DNA from: an uncultured delta proteobacterium
Lineage (GTDB): Bacteria; Myxococcota; Kuafuiibacteriia; Kuafuiibacteriales; Kuafuiibacteriaceae
Assembly: GCA_963803435.1 (NCBI GenBank)
Contig: CAWDML010000001.1
Span: forward strand, 1,248,001-1,312,000
Direction: 5' to 3'
Length of the DNA: 64,000 bases
Shown here: piece by piece, positions 1 through 9,625 of the stretch
Layout of the letters: each line of letters opens with the position of its first letter
Position numbering within the stretch: position 1 is the stretch's first letter
Made by a program: the position numbers and the translations under genes
The notes under the pieces: model-generated
Told to the model about the DNA's origin: nothing
The model's database searches: none
The model's input: the letters and a program-made list of their open reading frames with translations, nothing else

Positions 1-51
1 CATCGCAATCGAGACCGCATCGACGATCGGGCGGGAGAGATCGACTTCCAT
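1..51 (-). CDS. 5' end of a gene running off the window (MEVDLSRPIVDAVSIAM...)
   Basis: ATG at 51 lies 2 nt after the enoyl-CoA hydratase stop and the frame is open to base 1; too short to assign a function. Confidence 0.4.
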   Translation of the reverse strand, partial: MEVDLSRPIVDAVSIAM

Positions 52-53
52 GG

Positions 54-866
54 TCACCCTCCGTTCGGCTTGCCGGCCGCGCCGCTGAACCTCGGCTCGC
101 GCTTCTCGGTGAAGGCGCGGTGGAACTCGGCGAAGTCGTCGGCCAGCATGCAGATGGTCTGGGCGCGCGCCTCGGCGTCGAGCGCGGTGTCGAGGTCCAT
201 CGACATGGAGTTGTTGAGCAGCTCCTTGGTCATGCCGATCGAAAAGCTCGGGCCGTCTGCAAGCCGCCTTGCAACCTCGAGGGTCCGCTCTCGCAGCCGC
301 TCAGGATCGACGACCTCGTTGAAGAGGCCGATCCGGTGGGCCTCGTCCGCGTCGATCTTGTCGCCGAGCATCAACAGCTCGCTCGCCTTGGCGAGCCCGA
401 CCACCCGGGGCAGCAGGTAGGCCGCGCCCATGTCGGCGCCGGTCAGCCCCACCTTGGTGAACAGGAACGCGATCTTGGCCTTGCGGGAGGCGATGCGAAG
501 ATCCGACGCCAGCGCGATGACGGCGCCGGCTCCGGCCGCCGTGCCGTTGATTGCGGCGATGATCGGCTTCCTCAGCCGGCGCATGTTGCGGATGACGTCG
601 CCGGTCATCCGGGCGAACGCGGTCATCTCGACCGACCCGTAGCCGACGAGCCGGCCGATGATGTCGTGGACGTCCCCGCCGGAGCAGAAGCCGCGCCCCT
701 CGCCGGTCACCACCACCACGCGCACCGCTGGGTCGCTCTCGAGCTCGCGGAAGAGATCGACCAACCGCCGGTAGATCTCGAACGTGAGGCTGTTCAGACG
801 ATCGGGGCGGTCGAGCGTGATGGTCCCGACGCCCTCGCTGAGCTCGAACTCGATGCCTTCGACCAT
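54..866 (-). CDS. Enoyl-CoA hydratase/isomerase (crotonase) family protein
   Basis: Motifs ITLDRPDRLNSL, FCSGGDV and KPIIAAINGTAAGAG; ATG 866 preceded by GGAGG. Confidence 0.92.
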   Translation of the reverse strand: MVEGIEFELSEGVGTITLDRPDRLNSLTFEIYRRLVDLFRELESDPAVRVVVVTGEGRGFCSGGDVHDIIGRLVGYGSVEMTAFARMTGDVIRNMRRLRKPIIAAINGTAAGAGAVIALASDLRIASRKAKIAFLFTKVGLTGADMGAAYLLPRVVGLAKASELLMLGDKIDADEAHRIGLFNEVVDPERLRERTLEVARRLADGPSFSIGMTKELLNNSMSMDLDTALDAEARAQTICMLADDFAEFHRAFTEKREPRFSGAAGKPNGG

Positions 867-877
867 GGTTCCTCCGT

Positions 878-1279
878 TCACGGGATCACCGCCGTCGCTT
901 CGATCTCGACCAGCGCCCGGGGTTCGACGAGCCCCGCCACCTCGACCAGCGCCATGGCCGGGAAGTGCTTGCCCATGAGCTTTCGATACGCGGCCCCGAC
1001 GCCCGCGAGGTCGGCGAGGTAACGCTGCTTGTCCGTGACGTAGATGGTGAAGCGGCAGACGTCGCCCGGCTGGCCGCCGGCTTCGCGCACCACCGTGAGC
1101 GCGTTCGCGAGCGCCACCTCGAACTGGGCGGCCAGCTCGTCCGACGCGAAGCGTCCGGCCCCGTTCCAGCCCACCATGCCCGCGACGAAGAGCAGCCGGC
1201 CGGGCGCCGCCAGCACGCCGTGGCTGTAGCCCTGGGGGGCGCCGAGCGACTCGGGGTTGATCATCTCGTGCGACGTCAT
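878..1279 (-). CDS. RidA/YjgF family protein
   Basis: INPESLGAPQGYSHG...FPAMALVEVAGLVEPRALVEIEATAV; ATG overlaps the SDR stop (ATGA). Confidence 0.9.
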   Translation of the reverse strand: MTSHEMINPESLGAPQGYSHGVLAAPGRLLFVAGMVGWNGAGRFASDELAAQFEVALANALTVVREAGGQPGDVCRFTIYVTDKQRYLADLAGVGAAYRKLMGKHFPAMALVEVAGLVEPRALVEIEATAVIP

Positions 1280-2055
1280 GCGATCGTCTCTCCTCCGTCC
1301 AGCACCAGGGCCTGTCCGGTGAGGTGCGCGGCTGCTGGAGATACCAGATAGCGCACGTAGCCGGCGACCATCTCTGCGGTGAGCACGTCGCCGATCGGGA
1401 TCCGCGACGCGATCCGATCCCGCGCCTCGACCTCGCTGCTGCCCGTCTTGACGGCGATGTTGTCGATCGTTCGCTGGAACATGGGAGTGTCGACCCATCC
1501 GGGACAGAGCGCGTTCACCGTGATCCCTTTGGGTGCCAGCTCGAGCGCCGCGCTCCGCACCAGCCCGAGGACGGCGTGCTTCGACGCGCAGTACGCCGAG
1601 GTGTAGCGCATCCCTTGGACGGACGCCGTCGACGCCACCACCACGATCCTTCCCCGGGTGCCCGCTCCGATCATCGCGGCGGCCGCCCGCTTGAGCAGAT
1701 GGAAGGCGCTGAGCACGTTCGCGGCGAAGAGGCGCTCGAGGTCCGCAGGTTCGGTCCGATGCAGGGGCGCCGACAGGGCCTGACCGGCGCACGCCACGGC
1801 CACCTGCACCGGGCCGAGCTCCGCCTCGCACGTCTCGATCAGCGCGGCGGCGGCCGCTGGGTCGGTCGCGTCCCCGGCCGCCAGGAGCACCGGCCGCCCG
1901 GTCGGTCCCAGCGCCGCCTTCACCGCCTCCAGGTCGGAGACAGTGCGAGACTGGATCACGAGTGAATACCCTTCCTCAGCCAGCGCCGTGGCGACCGCTC
2001 GCCCGATGCCCCGCCCGGCGCCCGTAATGACCGCAGGAGCCCCGCTTTCCGCCAT
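1276..2055 (-). CDS. Short-chain dehydrogenase/reductase (SDR)
   Basis: TGAGRGIG NAD(P)-binding motif, YCASK catalytic motif, VNALCPGWVDT. Confidence 0.93.
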   Translation of the reverse strand: MAESGAPAVITGAGRGIGRAVATALAEEGYSLVIQSRTVSDLEAVKAALGPTGRPVLLAAGDATDPAAAAALIETCEAELGPVQVAVACAGQALSAPLHRTEPADLERLFAANVLSAFHLLKRAAAAMIGAGTRGRIVVVASTASVQGMRYTSAYCASKHAVLGLVRSAALELAPKGITVNALCPGWVDTPMFQRTIDNIAVKTGSSEVEARDRIASRIPIGDVLTAEMVAGYVRYLVSPAAAHLTGQALVLDGGETIA

Positions 2056-2203
2056 CGGGGCCGGCGGATACCCCCGAAGGCCGCGGGCCGTCAAACGAAC
2101 TTCAAACTTCCTTCGGGCGGAAACTTGAACGGTTTGGCCAAGTCTCGATAGCGTACGCGGGCGCGGGACGGTATTCCCGCGCGGACCAGGTTTCGGGCTC
2201 GGT

Positions 2204-4282
2204 ATGCAGCACATCCTCGTCTGCGCCCAGGATTCGGTGCTCGCCAAGAAGGTTCGCTTCCTTCTGGCGCGCGACGAGATCGATGTCGAAATCCTGACCA
2301 AACCTTCACAGCTCGACAAGCGATTGCTCGAAGGCGACGTGGCGCTCTTGATCCTCTCGCGCAACCTGGCCGGCGAGGACGCGGTCGACATGCTGGCGCA
2401 GTTCGATCCGTCGCTGGTCATCCCTCCGACACTGGTGCTCGGTGGACAGAAGCGGATCACCGCCGACTTCATCCAGCTGATCCCCGATCCGATCGACACC
2501 CAGGCGATCTACCGCATCGCGACCGAGATCCTGGGAATGGATGGCGACGAGCCCTACTCGTCGAGCGAAGACGATCTCACCCACATCGCCGTCGATCGCC
2601 CTCAGAAGAAGAGGGTCAACGCCGGCACGGTCGAGAAGAAGAGCGTCGATGAGCTGAGCTTCACCGACGTGACGGGTCTCGACGAGATCGCGAACCAGCT
2701 CGATGAGCTGGAGAGCGAGCAGATCAGCGTCCAGCTCAGCGATGCTTTCGACATCGATGAAGTCTCGGGTGCGCTGAATCAGGCCGCCCCCACCGAGGCC
2801 GTCACTGCGGCCGATAAGACGGAAGTCCTTGGAGGTCTCTTGGAACCGGCACGTTTCGCCAAGGTCCTGTTCCAGTGCTGGTCGAGGAAGGCCAGCGGAG
2901 CCCTGATCGTCGCGCGCGATCAGGAGACGCTCACCATCTACTTCGAGAACGGCGCTCCGGTGCACATCGAGTCCAGCATTCCGGGCGATCCGCTCGGGCG
3001 CGCGCTCGTCACCCGCGGCGTCATCAGCGAAGAGCAGTACTCGAGCGGCGCCAAGCGCGCGATCGAGCGCGGCCTGAGCATCGGCTCCTCGCTGGTCGAG
3101 CTCGGCTGCTTCAGCGGAGAGGATCTCGGAGAGCAGAAGGGACAGGAGGCCACGGCTCAGATCGTCGGCTGTTTCGCGCATCGCACGGGCGCCTTCGAGT
3201 TCGACCAGAAGCGCCGTACACCCACGTCCGAACGGCCGTATCGGCTGGAGGTCGGCCACATCCTCGCGGACGGCATCAAGACGCACTGCGACGAGCCGGT
3301 GGTCAAAGAGATCATCGGTGACATGGACGTCCGCTACTTCAAGCTCCACCGCTCGATCGACGAGCTGAAGGAGCGCTTCCCGATCAGCGATCAGGAGGTT
3401 GCGTTCCTCGAGTTCCAGGGACGGGCATACAACGTCTCCGACGCCTCCGAGGTCTCCGGCCTCCCGGTGAAGGACGCGCACAAGCTGATGGCGCTCCTCA
3501 TCACCTGCGACGAGGTCGACGACTTCACGCCGGGAATCCACGAGTTCGAGGCGCGCATCCGCGAGGAGCGACAGCGCACCAAGGACCTCGAGGTCCAGCT
3601 CTCAGAGCCGCTCCCGGCGATGCCGACGTCCAAGCCGAAGGCGGCCGGCGGAAGCTTCACCAGCGGCGGCGCGGGCGGGATTGTCGAGATCCCGAGCTCC
3701 GGTCCCTCCGCGTTCGATTGCCCGCCCGAGCGTGCACCGGCCCGCTCCGAGCGCTACGAGCCGATCCACGTGCCGCCGCCACCGCCGCCCCCACCGCCGG
3801 CGCCGCCCACTCCGCTCCATCACTCCTCGCCGCCGCCGGTGCCGCCGCCGAACGGCGACATCGACATCCCGCCGATGCCGGTCCCGCCGAACGGTGAGGA
3901 CGGCATGGTCCCGCGCCCGCTGGTCTACGCGAAGCCGCTCCCCCGCGGCCCCGACGGCGCACCGCTCGAGACGCCGGAGCGCACGCTGTCGCGCGAGCAC
4001 TTCCAGCGGGGCGTCACGCTGCTCGGACAGGGCAACTTTGCCAGCGCCGAAGAGGCGTTCCGCGACGCCGTCGCGCTCTGCTCGGAGGAGCACGTCTATC
4101 TCATCGGACTGGCCCGCGCGATCTACTACAACCCGGGCTACAAGGCCGACGGCAAGGTGCCGGTGCTGCGCGCGATCGTCAGCCGCGCGGCGCAGCTGGC
4201 GCCCGAGGACAACCGCGTGGCGACGCTCCGGGTCTGGGTGGATCACGCCGAATCGGCGTTCGGCGTGAAAGCGCTCGCGTAG
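2204..4282 (+). CDS. Degenerate receiver domain + DUF4388-like domain + Pro-rich linker + C-terminal TPR protein
   Basis: N-terminal REC-like fold lacking the acidic residues; SGALIVARDQETLTIYFENGAPV...LGRALVTRG (DUF4388-like); poly-Pro; HFQRGVTLLGQGNFASAEEAFRDAV TPR. Confidence 0.7.
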   Translation: MQHILVCAQDSVLAKKVRFLLARDEIDVEILTKPSQLDKRLLEGDVALLILSRNLAGEDAVDMLAQFDPSLVIPPTLVLGGQKRITADFIQLIPDPIDTQAIYRIATEILGMDGDEPYSSSEDDLTHIAVDRPQKKRVNAGTVEKKSVDELSFTDVTGLDEIANQLDELESEQISVQLSDAFDIDEVSGALNQAAPTEAVTAADKTEVLGGLLEPARFAKVLFQCWSRKASGALIVARDQETLTIYFENGAPVHIESSIPGDPLGRALVTRGVISEEQYSSGAKRAIERGLSIGSSLVELGCFSGEDLGEQKGQEATAQIVGCFAHRTGAFEFDQKRRTPTSERPYRLEVGHILADGIKTHCDEPVVKEIIGDMDVRYFKLHRSIDELKERFPISDQEVAFLEFQGRAYNVSDASEVSGLPVKDAHKLMALLITCDEVDDFTPGIHEFEARIREERQRTKDLEVQLSEPLPAMPTSKPKAAGGSFTSGGAGGIVEIPSSGPSAFDCPPERAPARSERYEPIHVPPPPPPPPPAPPTPLHHSSPPPVPPPNGDIDIPPMPVPPNGEDGMVPRPLVYAKPLPRGPDGAPLETPERTLSREHFQRGVTLLGQGNFASAEEAFRDAVALCSEEHVYLIGLARAIYYNPGYKADGKVPVLRAIVSRAAQLAPEDNRVATLRVWVDHAESAFGVKALA

Positions 4283-4298
4283 CCGCTGCTGCGGCGGA

Positions 4299-5303
4299 TC
4301 AGATCTCGCTGAGGATCTCTGCGCGCTTCTGCGTGTACTCGGCTTCGGTGAGCACGCCGGCGGCCTTGAGGGCCTCGAGCTTCTTCAACCGCTCGACCAT
4401 GCTGTTGCCCGCGGGTGCCGCCTGCGGCTGCGGCGGTGGGGTCTGCGGCTGGAACATGTTCGCCATCTGCTGGCCCACGCCCCAGCCCGCCGCCAGCCCC
4501 ATGCCGGCGCCGGCCAGGCTGTTGGGCGTGCGCGCGGCGTCGGGGAGCGCGTTCGCCATCTGGAACGCGGCGTAGTTCTGCATGTTACCGAGGATGGCCA
4601 TCTCGCTGCGCTTGTCGAGCATCTGCTCGACTGCGGGCGGGAGGGAGATGTTCTCGACGAGGAACTTGGTGATGTCGATGCCGAGCTCTTCGAGATCCGC
4701 CTTGATGGAGGGGAGCACCTTGCGACTGATCTCGTCGTAGTTGCCGGCGAGGTCGAGAGCGGGGACCTTCGCGGCGCCCAGCGCGGAGGTGAAGCGGGCC
4801 ACCAGCGTGCGCTTGAGCTGGCCGATGATCTCGTCGATCTCGAAGTTGGAGTCGGTGCCCGCCACCTGACGTAGGAACTTGGAGGCGTCGGCGATGCGGA
4901 CCGCGAAGATGCCGAACGCGCGCAGGCGGATCGGACCGAACTCGGGATCGCGGACCATGATCGGGTTCTGCGTCCCCCACTTCAGATCGGTGAACTGCGT
5001 GGTGCTGGCGAAGTAGACCTCCGCCTTGAAGGGAGAGTTGAAGCCATACTTCCAACCCTTGAGCGTGGCGAGGATCGGGAGGTTCTGAGTAGTGAGCGTG
5101 TACGTGCCGGGGTTGAAGACGTCGGCGAGCTTGCCCTCGTTGACGAAGACGGCGGTCTGACCCTCGCGCACGATCAGCTTTGCGCCGTTCTTGATCTCCT
5201 GACCGCGCACCGGGAAGCGCCAGACCAGCGTTTCGTGGCTGTCATCCAACCACTCAATAATTTCGATGAATTGGGTAGTGATGCGATCCCAGATGGCTCC
5301 CAT
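4299..5303 (-). CDS. SPFH-domain protein (YdjI/virion-core-like) with C-terminal SHOCT domain
   Basis: IEIIEWLDD..TLVWRFP, LIVREGQTAVFVNEG, SPFKAEVYF, DLKWGTQNP; C-terminal LKKLEALKAAGVLTEAEYTQKRAEIL. Confidence 0.88.
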   Translation of the reverse strand: MGAIWDRITTQFIEIIEWLDDSHETLVWRFPVRGQEIKNGAKLIVREGQTAVFVNEGKLADVFNPGTYTLTTQNLPILATLKGWKYGFNSPFKAEVYFASTTQFTDLKWGTQNPIMVRDPEFGPIRLRAFGIFAVRIADASKFLRQVAGTDSNFEIDEIIGQLKRTLVARFTSALGAAKVPALDLAGNYDEISRKVLPSIKADLEELGIDITKFLVENISLPPAVEQMLDKRSEMAILGNMQNYAAFQMANALPDAARTPNSLAGAGMGLAAGWGVGQQMANMFQPQTPPPQPQAAPAGNSMVERLKKLEALKAAGVLTEAEYTQKRAEILSEI

Positions 5304-5371
5304 GGTGTTCGGGTTCTATACGAACGAGGCAAGCCAAGTAAACCTCCTCCCATGGTAAAGAGCCTCACAGG

Positions 5372-6703
5372 ATGGTGACCGAGACCGTCGAGTTCGGGGC
5401 GCGCAAGGGTCGGTCACCACTCACCTTCGTGCTGGTCGTTCCGGACGCGGACGAGCCCCGGCGCATCCCGATCGACGGCACGCTGCTGGTGGGTAAGCAC
5501 CCCTCGAACGACGTGGTCATCGAGACCACCGGTATCTCTCGCTACCACCTCGAGGTACGCGCGGAGGCCGAGCGCGTCCTGGTGCGCGACGTCGGCTCCA
5601 AGAACGGGACCTTCTTCAACGGGGCGCGCATCACCGAGGTGCGCGTGGGTGCGGGTGCGTCGATCCGGGTGGGTGGGCCCGCCGGGCTCGAGCTCACCAT
5701 CGAGCTGGCCCACCAGCCCGCGATGGATCCCTCGGACGCGGATCGCTTCGGGCCGCTGATCGGACGTTCGCGGGCCATGCGCTCCGTCTTCACCGTGCTG
5801 GAGCGGACCTCGCCCTCGAACGCGACGATCCTGGTGATCGGAGAGACCGGCACCGGCAAGGAGCTGGTGGCTCAGGCGGTCCACCGCGCCTCGCCGAGGA
5901 AGAACGGCCCGCTGGTGATCGTCGACTGCGGCGCGATCCCTCACAACCTGATCGAGAGCGAGCTCTTCGGCCACAAGAAGGGTGCCTTCACCGATGCCTC
6001 CTCGGATCGCAGCGGGGCGTTCGAGCACGCCCACGGCGGCACCCTCTTCCTCGACGAGATCGGCGAGCTGCCGCTCGACCTGCAACCCAAGCTGCTCCGC
6101 GCGGTCGAGTCCCGCTCGATCCAGCGGCTGGGCGACGGCGAGCGGAAGGCCGTCGATGTCCGCATGGTCGCCGCCACGCACCGCGACCTGGGCACGATGG
6201 TGAACGCGGGGACGTTCCGGCAGGACCTCTTCTTCCGGCTGGCGGTGGTCACCGTTCACATGCCGCCGCTCCGCGAGCGCGGTGACGACGTCCTGGTCCT
6301 CGCCGAGCACATCCTCGCCGACCTCGGTCATCCCGACGCCATCGAGATCGAGGGCACGATCGCCGAGGCGCTCCTCGCGTACAGCTGGCCAGGCAACGTC
6401 CGCGAGCTGCGCAACGCGATCGAGCGGGCGATCCACCTCGGCGCCGCGCACGCGATCCCGATGGTGTCGAGCGGCGAGGTTGCTGCGCCGAAGAGCGGCG
6501 AGCAGCGCCCGCTGCCTGCGGAGGACGCCCCCGACCTCCCCTTCAAGCAGGCCAAGGAGCAGATCGTGGTGACGTTCGAGCACGCCTACGTGCGCCGTCT
6601 CATGGATCGGCACGGCGGCAACATCAGCGCCGCAGCCCGCGACGCCGGCATCGATCGCAACTATCTCTACCGGCTGCTCAAGAAGCACGGCCTCGATCAC
6701 TGA
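5372..6703 (+). CDS. FHA-domain sigma54-dependent transcriptional activator (AAA+ bEBP, Fis-type HTH)
   Basis: FHA (VGKHPSND, SRYH, DVGSKNGT), GETGTGKE, ESELFGHKKGAFTDA, FLDEIGE, WPGNVREL, NISAAARDAGIDRNYLYR. Confidence 0.93.
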   Translation: MVTETVEFGARKGRSPLTFVLVVPDADEPRRIPIDGTLLVGKHPSNDVVIETTGISRYHLEVRAEAERVLVRDVGSKNGTFFNGARITEVRVGAGASIRVGGPAGLELTIELAHQPAMDPSDADRFGPLIGRSRAMRSVFTVLERTSPSNATILVIGETGTGKELVAQAVHRASPRKNGPLVIVDCGAIPHNLIESELFGHKKGAFTDASSDRSGAFEHAHGGTLFLDEIGELPLDLQPKLLRAVESRSIQRLGDGERKAVDVRMVAATHRDLGTMVNAGTFRQDLFFRLAVVTVHMPPLRERGDDVLVLAEHILADLGHPDAIEIEGTIAEALLAYSWPGNVRELRNAIERAIHLGAAHAIPMVSSGEVAAPKSGEQRPLPAEDAPDLPFKQAKEQIVVTFEHAYVRRLMDRHGGNISAAARDAGIDRNYLYRLLKKHGLDH

Positions 6704-7263
6704 CCGGGCGGCGCGAACGGCTGGGGCGGGCTCGGCTTCGCGTGCGCCGCCTGCTTCTCGAGCTGGCGATCCAGCACCACCACCAGGCTCGCGATCAGCC
6801 GCTGGCCGGCGTCCTCCGCGGCCTGCTCGAGCGCGCGCCGCCCGGCGCCATCGAGCGCCTCGATCGGTCCCGGGGTGGAGAAGAACGGCGCATAACCGGT
6901 GGCCGCCGGCGAGACCCACTTGAACCCGCTCGCGTCCTCGAGCCGGCCGCGCAGCGACACCACCACCTGATAGCGCGCGGCGCGCTGGCTCGGATCGGTG
7001 AACGAGCCCAGGCTGATCTGGATGTCGACGATCTCGACCGCGAGCGCGCCGTGCGCGGTGGCTCCGGTCGCCAGCGTCAGGCCCTGCTCGCGCATCACCG
7101 CCCGTCGAACCGACGCGCTCACCAGGGCCCCGGCGTCGACATCGATCCCGCTCTCGCCCACCTCCACCACCGAGAGGCGATACGGCTCACCGGTCGCGGT
7201 GTGCACCGACGAGACCGTATAGCCGCAGCCGAACAGCGCTAGCGCAGCGAGAGCCCGGCGAAC
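6697..7263 (-). CDS. Putative lipoprotein, LptE-like; start codon uncertain
   Basis: RRALAALALFG|CGY lipobox followed by an LptE-like alpha/beta domain; no in-frame ATG/GTG/TTG next to the signal peptide (GTT at 7261-7263). Confidence 0.55.
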   Translation of the reverse strand, partial: VRRALAALALFGCGYTVSSVHTATGEPYRLSVVEVGESGIDVDAGALVSASVRRAVMREQGLTLATGATAHGALAVEIVDIQISLGSFTDPSQRAARYQVVVSLRGRLEDASGFKWVSPAATGYAPFFSTPGPIEALDGAGRRALEQAAEDAGQRLIASLVVVLDRQLEKQAAHAKPSPPQPFAPPGQ

Positions 7264-8342
7264 AGGAAGCCGGTCACCACGATCGCGACCGCGGCGACCA
7301 TCGCCAGGCGGGAGCGCTCCTGAATCCGCGCCGCCATCGACGGGACCAGCCGCCGCTGGAACACGAACCCCAGCAGGAATCCGGTGAGGAATCCCGCCGC
7401 GTGTGCGATCACCGCGATCCGGGTGCCGGTCGACGAGAAAGGCGTCAGCGCGCCCGGGACCAGGAGCAGAAGCACACCGATGGTGCGGAGTCGCTCGCGG
7501 CGCGGCAGCAGAGACACCTTCGCCCGCTGGAGCTGGCCCGATGCCCACAGCCCGACCAGCCCGTAGTTGCCGGCGCTCGCGCCGAGGATCAGCGCGGCCG
7601 GCGAGAGCACGGCCTCGGAGCCGAGGCCAACGATCGACGAGATCACCCATACCAGCGAGGTCGCGCCCATCAGATGGGTGCCGAACAAAACCACGCCGAT
7701 CAAGAGGGCGAAGAGCCCGTTGCTGACGAAATGGGCGAGCGACCCGTGGATGAACCCGGCCGTGATGAGGCGCCACGGCTCCTGGAGCACGGGTGACCTT
7801 GCGCCGAAGCGCTCGACCACCTCGCGCGGGCCCAGGAGGGTCTCGAGGACGCGCTGGAGGGCGGCCCCGATGCCGATGGCGCCGAGGGCCGCCAGCAGCC
7901 GGGCGTTCAGCGGTGTGGCCGCGGGCGGGAGCGGGATCTCGATCGGGCCGGTCTCCTCCTCGTCCTCCGGGATGGTGTCGGCGGGGGGTGGCGGCTCGAA
8001 GCCATGCTCGACCGGTTTCGACACCGGCAGCGCAAGCGAGCTTGCAAACCGGATCCGGAAGCGCTGCCGTGGATGCCCCCCGATGGTGGCGTAGTCGTGC
8101 CGGTGGAGGACCTCGGTCGCCTTCGAGATCATCGACGACGGGACCAGCACCTCGATGACGCGCTGATCCGCGCTGCGCCGCCAGGGCAGGACCAAGCCGT
8201 CCAAATCCAGGTCGAGGAGCGCGGGGATCTGGTGGGCTTCGAGCAGGGATACGACCGCGCGCGCATCACCTTCGCTCGAGGCATCATGCACGGGGATCAT
8301 CGAGCCGGTGCTGACTTCACCTTCTCGTCTCGGCGTCTCCAC
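7239..8342 (-). CDS. Rhomboid intramembrane serine protease with N-terminal soluble domain
   Basis: EPWRLITAGFIHGSLAHFVSN, GASAG (catalytic Ser), AHAAGFLTG (catalytic His); start could be ATG 8300. Confidence 0.88.
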   Translation of the reverse strand: METPRREGEVSTGSMIPVHDASSEGDARAVVSLLEAHQIPALLDLDLDGLVLPWRRSADQRVIEVLVPSSMISKATEVLHRHDYATIGGHPRQRFRIRFASSLALPVSKPVEHGFEPPPPADTIPEDEEETGPIEIPLPPAATPLNARLLAALGAIGIGAALQRVLETLLGPREVVERFGARSPVLQEPWRLITAGFIHGSLAHFVSNGLFALLIGVVLFGTHLMGATSLVWVISSIVGLGSEAVLSPAALILGASAGNYGLVGLWASGQLQRAKVSLLPRRERLRTIGVLLLLVPGALTPFSSTGTRIAVIAHAAGFLTGFLLGFVFQRRLVPSMAARIQERSRLAMVAAVAIVVTGFLFAGLSLR

Positions 8343-8444
8343 GAGGCAGCATTAGTGTCCAGTAAGCGCGGAACGTTGCCAACGTAGGCGAGGGTCAGTG
8401 CGCCCTTGACAGCGCCCGCTCGGTCATGACGGGTTAGTCCCGAT

Positions 8445-9615
8445 ATGGGCTTTAGGTACGCGATCATCGGCGCCGGCATGCAGGGCACAGCCGCCGCCTA
8501 CGACCTCGCACTCCATGGTGACGCCGACGAGGTGCGCCTCCTCGACGTCGACATTCGTCGCGCACGGACGGCCGCCGATCGCGTCAACAAGCTTGCGGGT
8601 CGAGAGGCGGCGAAGGCCGGCATCGTCGACGCCACCGACAAGACCAGCGCCGCGCAGGTGCTCGAAGGCATGCACGCGTGCCTGTCCGCGGTCCCGTATC
8701 GGCTCAACCTGTTCCTCGCGAAGGCGGCGATCGAGGCCGGCGTGCACTTCAACGACCTCGGGGGCAACACACAGAATCGTCCGGGATGAGCTCGCGCTCC
8801 ATCCGCAAGCGCTGCAGGCCGGGGTCAGCGTGGTGCCGGACTGCGGTGTGGCGCCCGGGATGGCCAACACGCTGGCCGTGTACGGTATGGGCAAGCTCGA
8901 CACGCCTGAGCACGTGCACATGCGCTGCGGCGGCCTGCCGCAGAACCGCAACCTCCCGCTCGGCTACAAGCAGCTGTTCTCCCTCGAGGGCCTGTCGAAC
9001 GAGTACTTCGGTACCGCGGTCGTCCTGCACGACGGAAAGGTGGAGGAGGTCCCCACCTTCGAGGAGCTGGAGACCCTCGAGCTCCCCGAGCCGCTCGGCG
9101 TGGTGGAGGCGTTCACGACCAGCGGCGGAACCTCCACCTGCCCGTACACCTTCGCAGGCCGCTTGAAGAGCTACGACTACAAGACGATCCGGTACCCGGG
9201 CCACTATCAGACGCTCAAGCTCTTCAAGGACTTCGGCTTCATCGATCTCGAGCCCGTGGACGTCCATGGCGCGCACGTGCGACCCCGGGACGTCTTCCAC
9301 GCGGTGATGCACAAGGTCTGGGATCATCCGTCCGAGCCGGACCTCTTGGTGCTGCGGGTCGACGTGGTGGGAAAGAAGAACGGACGCCACGTCCGCCACC
9401 GCTCCGTGATCCTGGACTTCCAGGACCCGAAGACCGGCTTCTCCGCGATGGAGCGGACCACCGCGTTCTCCGCCGCGATCGTCACCTCGCTGCAGGCCCG
9501 CGGCCGGACCCCGAAGGGCGCCGTCTCGCTGGAAAAGGCCGTCGACGCCGAGGAGTTCGTGCGCGAGCTGGGGCGTCGCGACATCCCCCACGAGACCTCG
9601 CTGACCGAGCTCTGA
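8445..9615 (+). CDS. Saccharopine dehydrogenase/lysine dehydrogenase-like oxidoreductase (+1 frameshift at ~8775)
   Basis: IIGAGMQG, SAVPYRLN, FNDLGGN joined to PDCGVAPG, CGGLPQ, EAFTTSGG, YKTIRYPGH, AMERTT across one extra A. Confidence 0.88.
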
Positions 9616-9625
9616 GCCCCCGTCC

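Noticed and set aside
3770-3850. CCG-rich tandem repeat
   Set aside because: Simply encodes the poly-proline linker of the DUF4388-like protein
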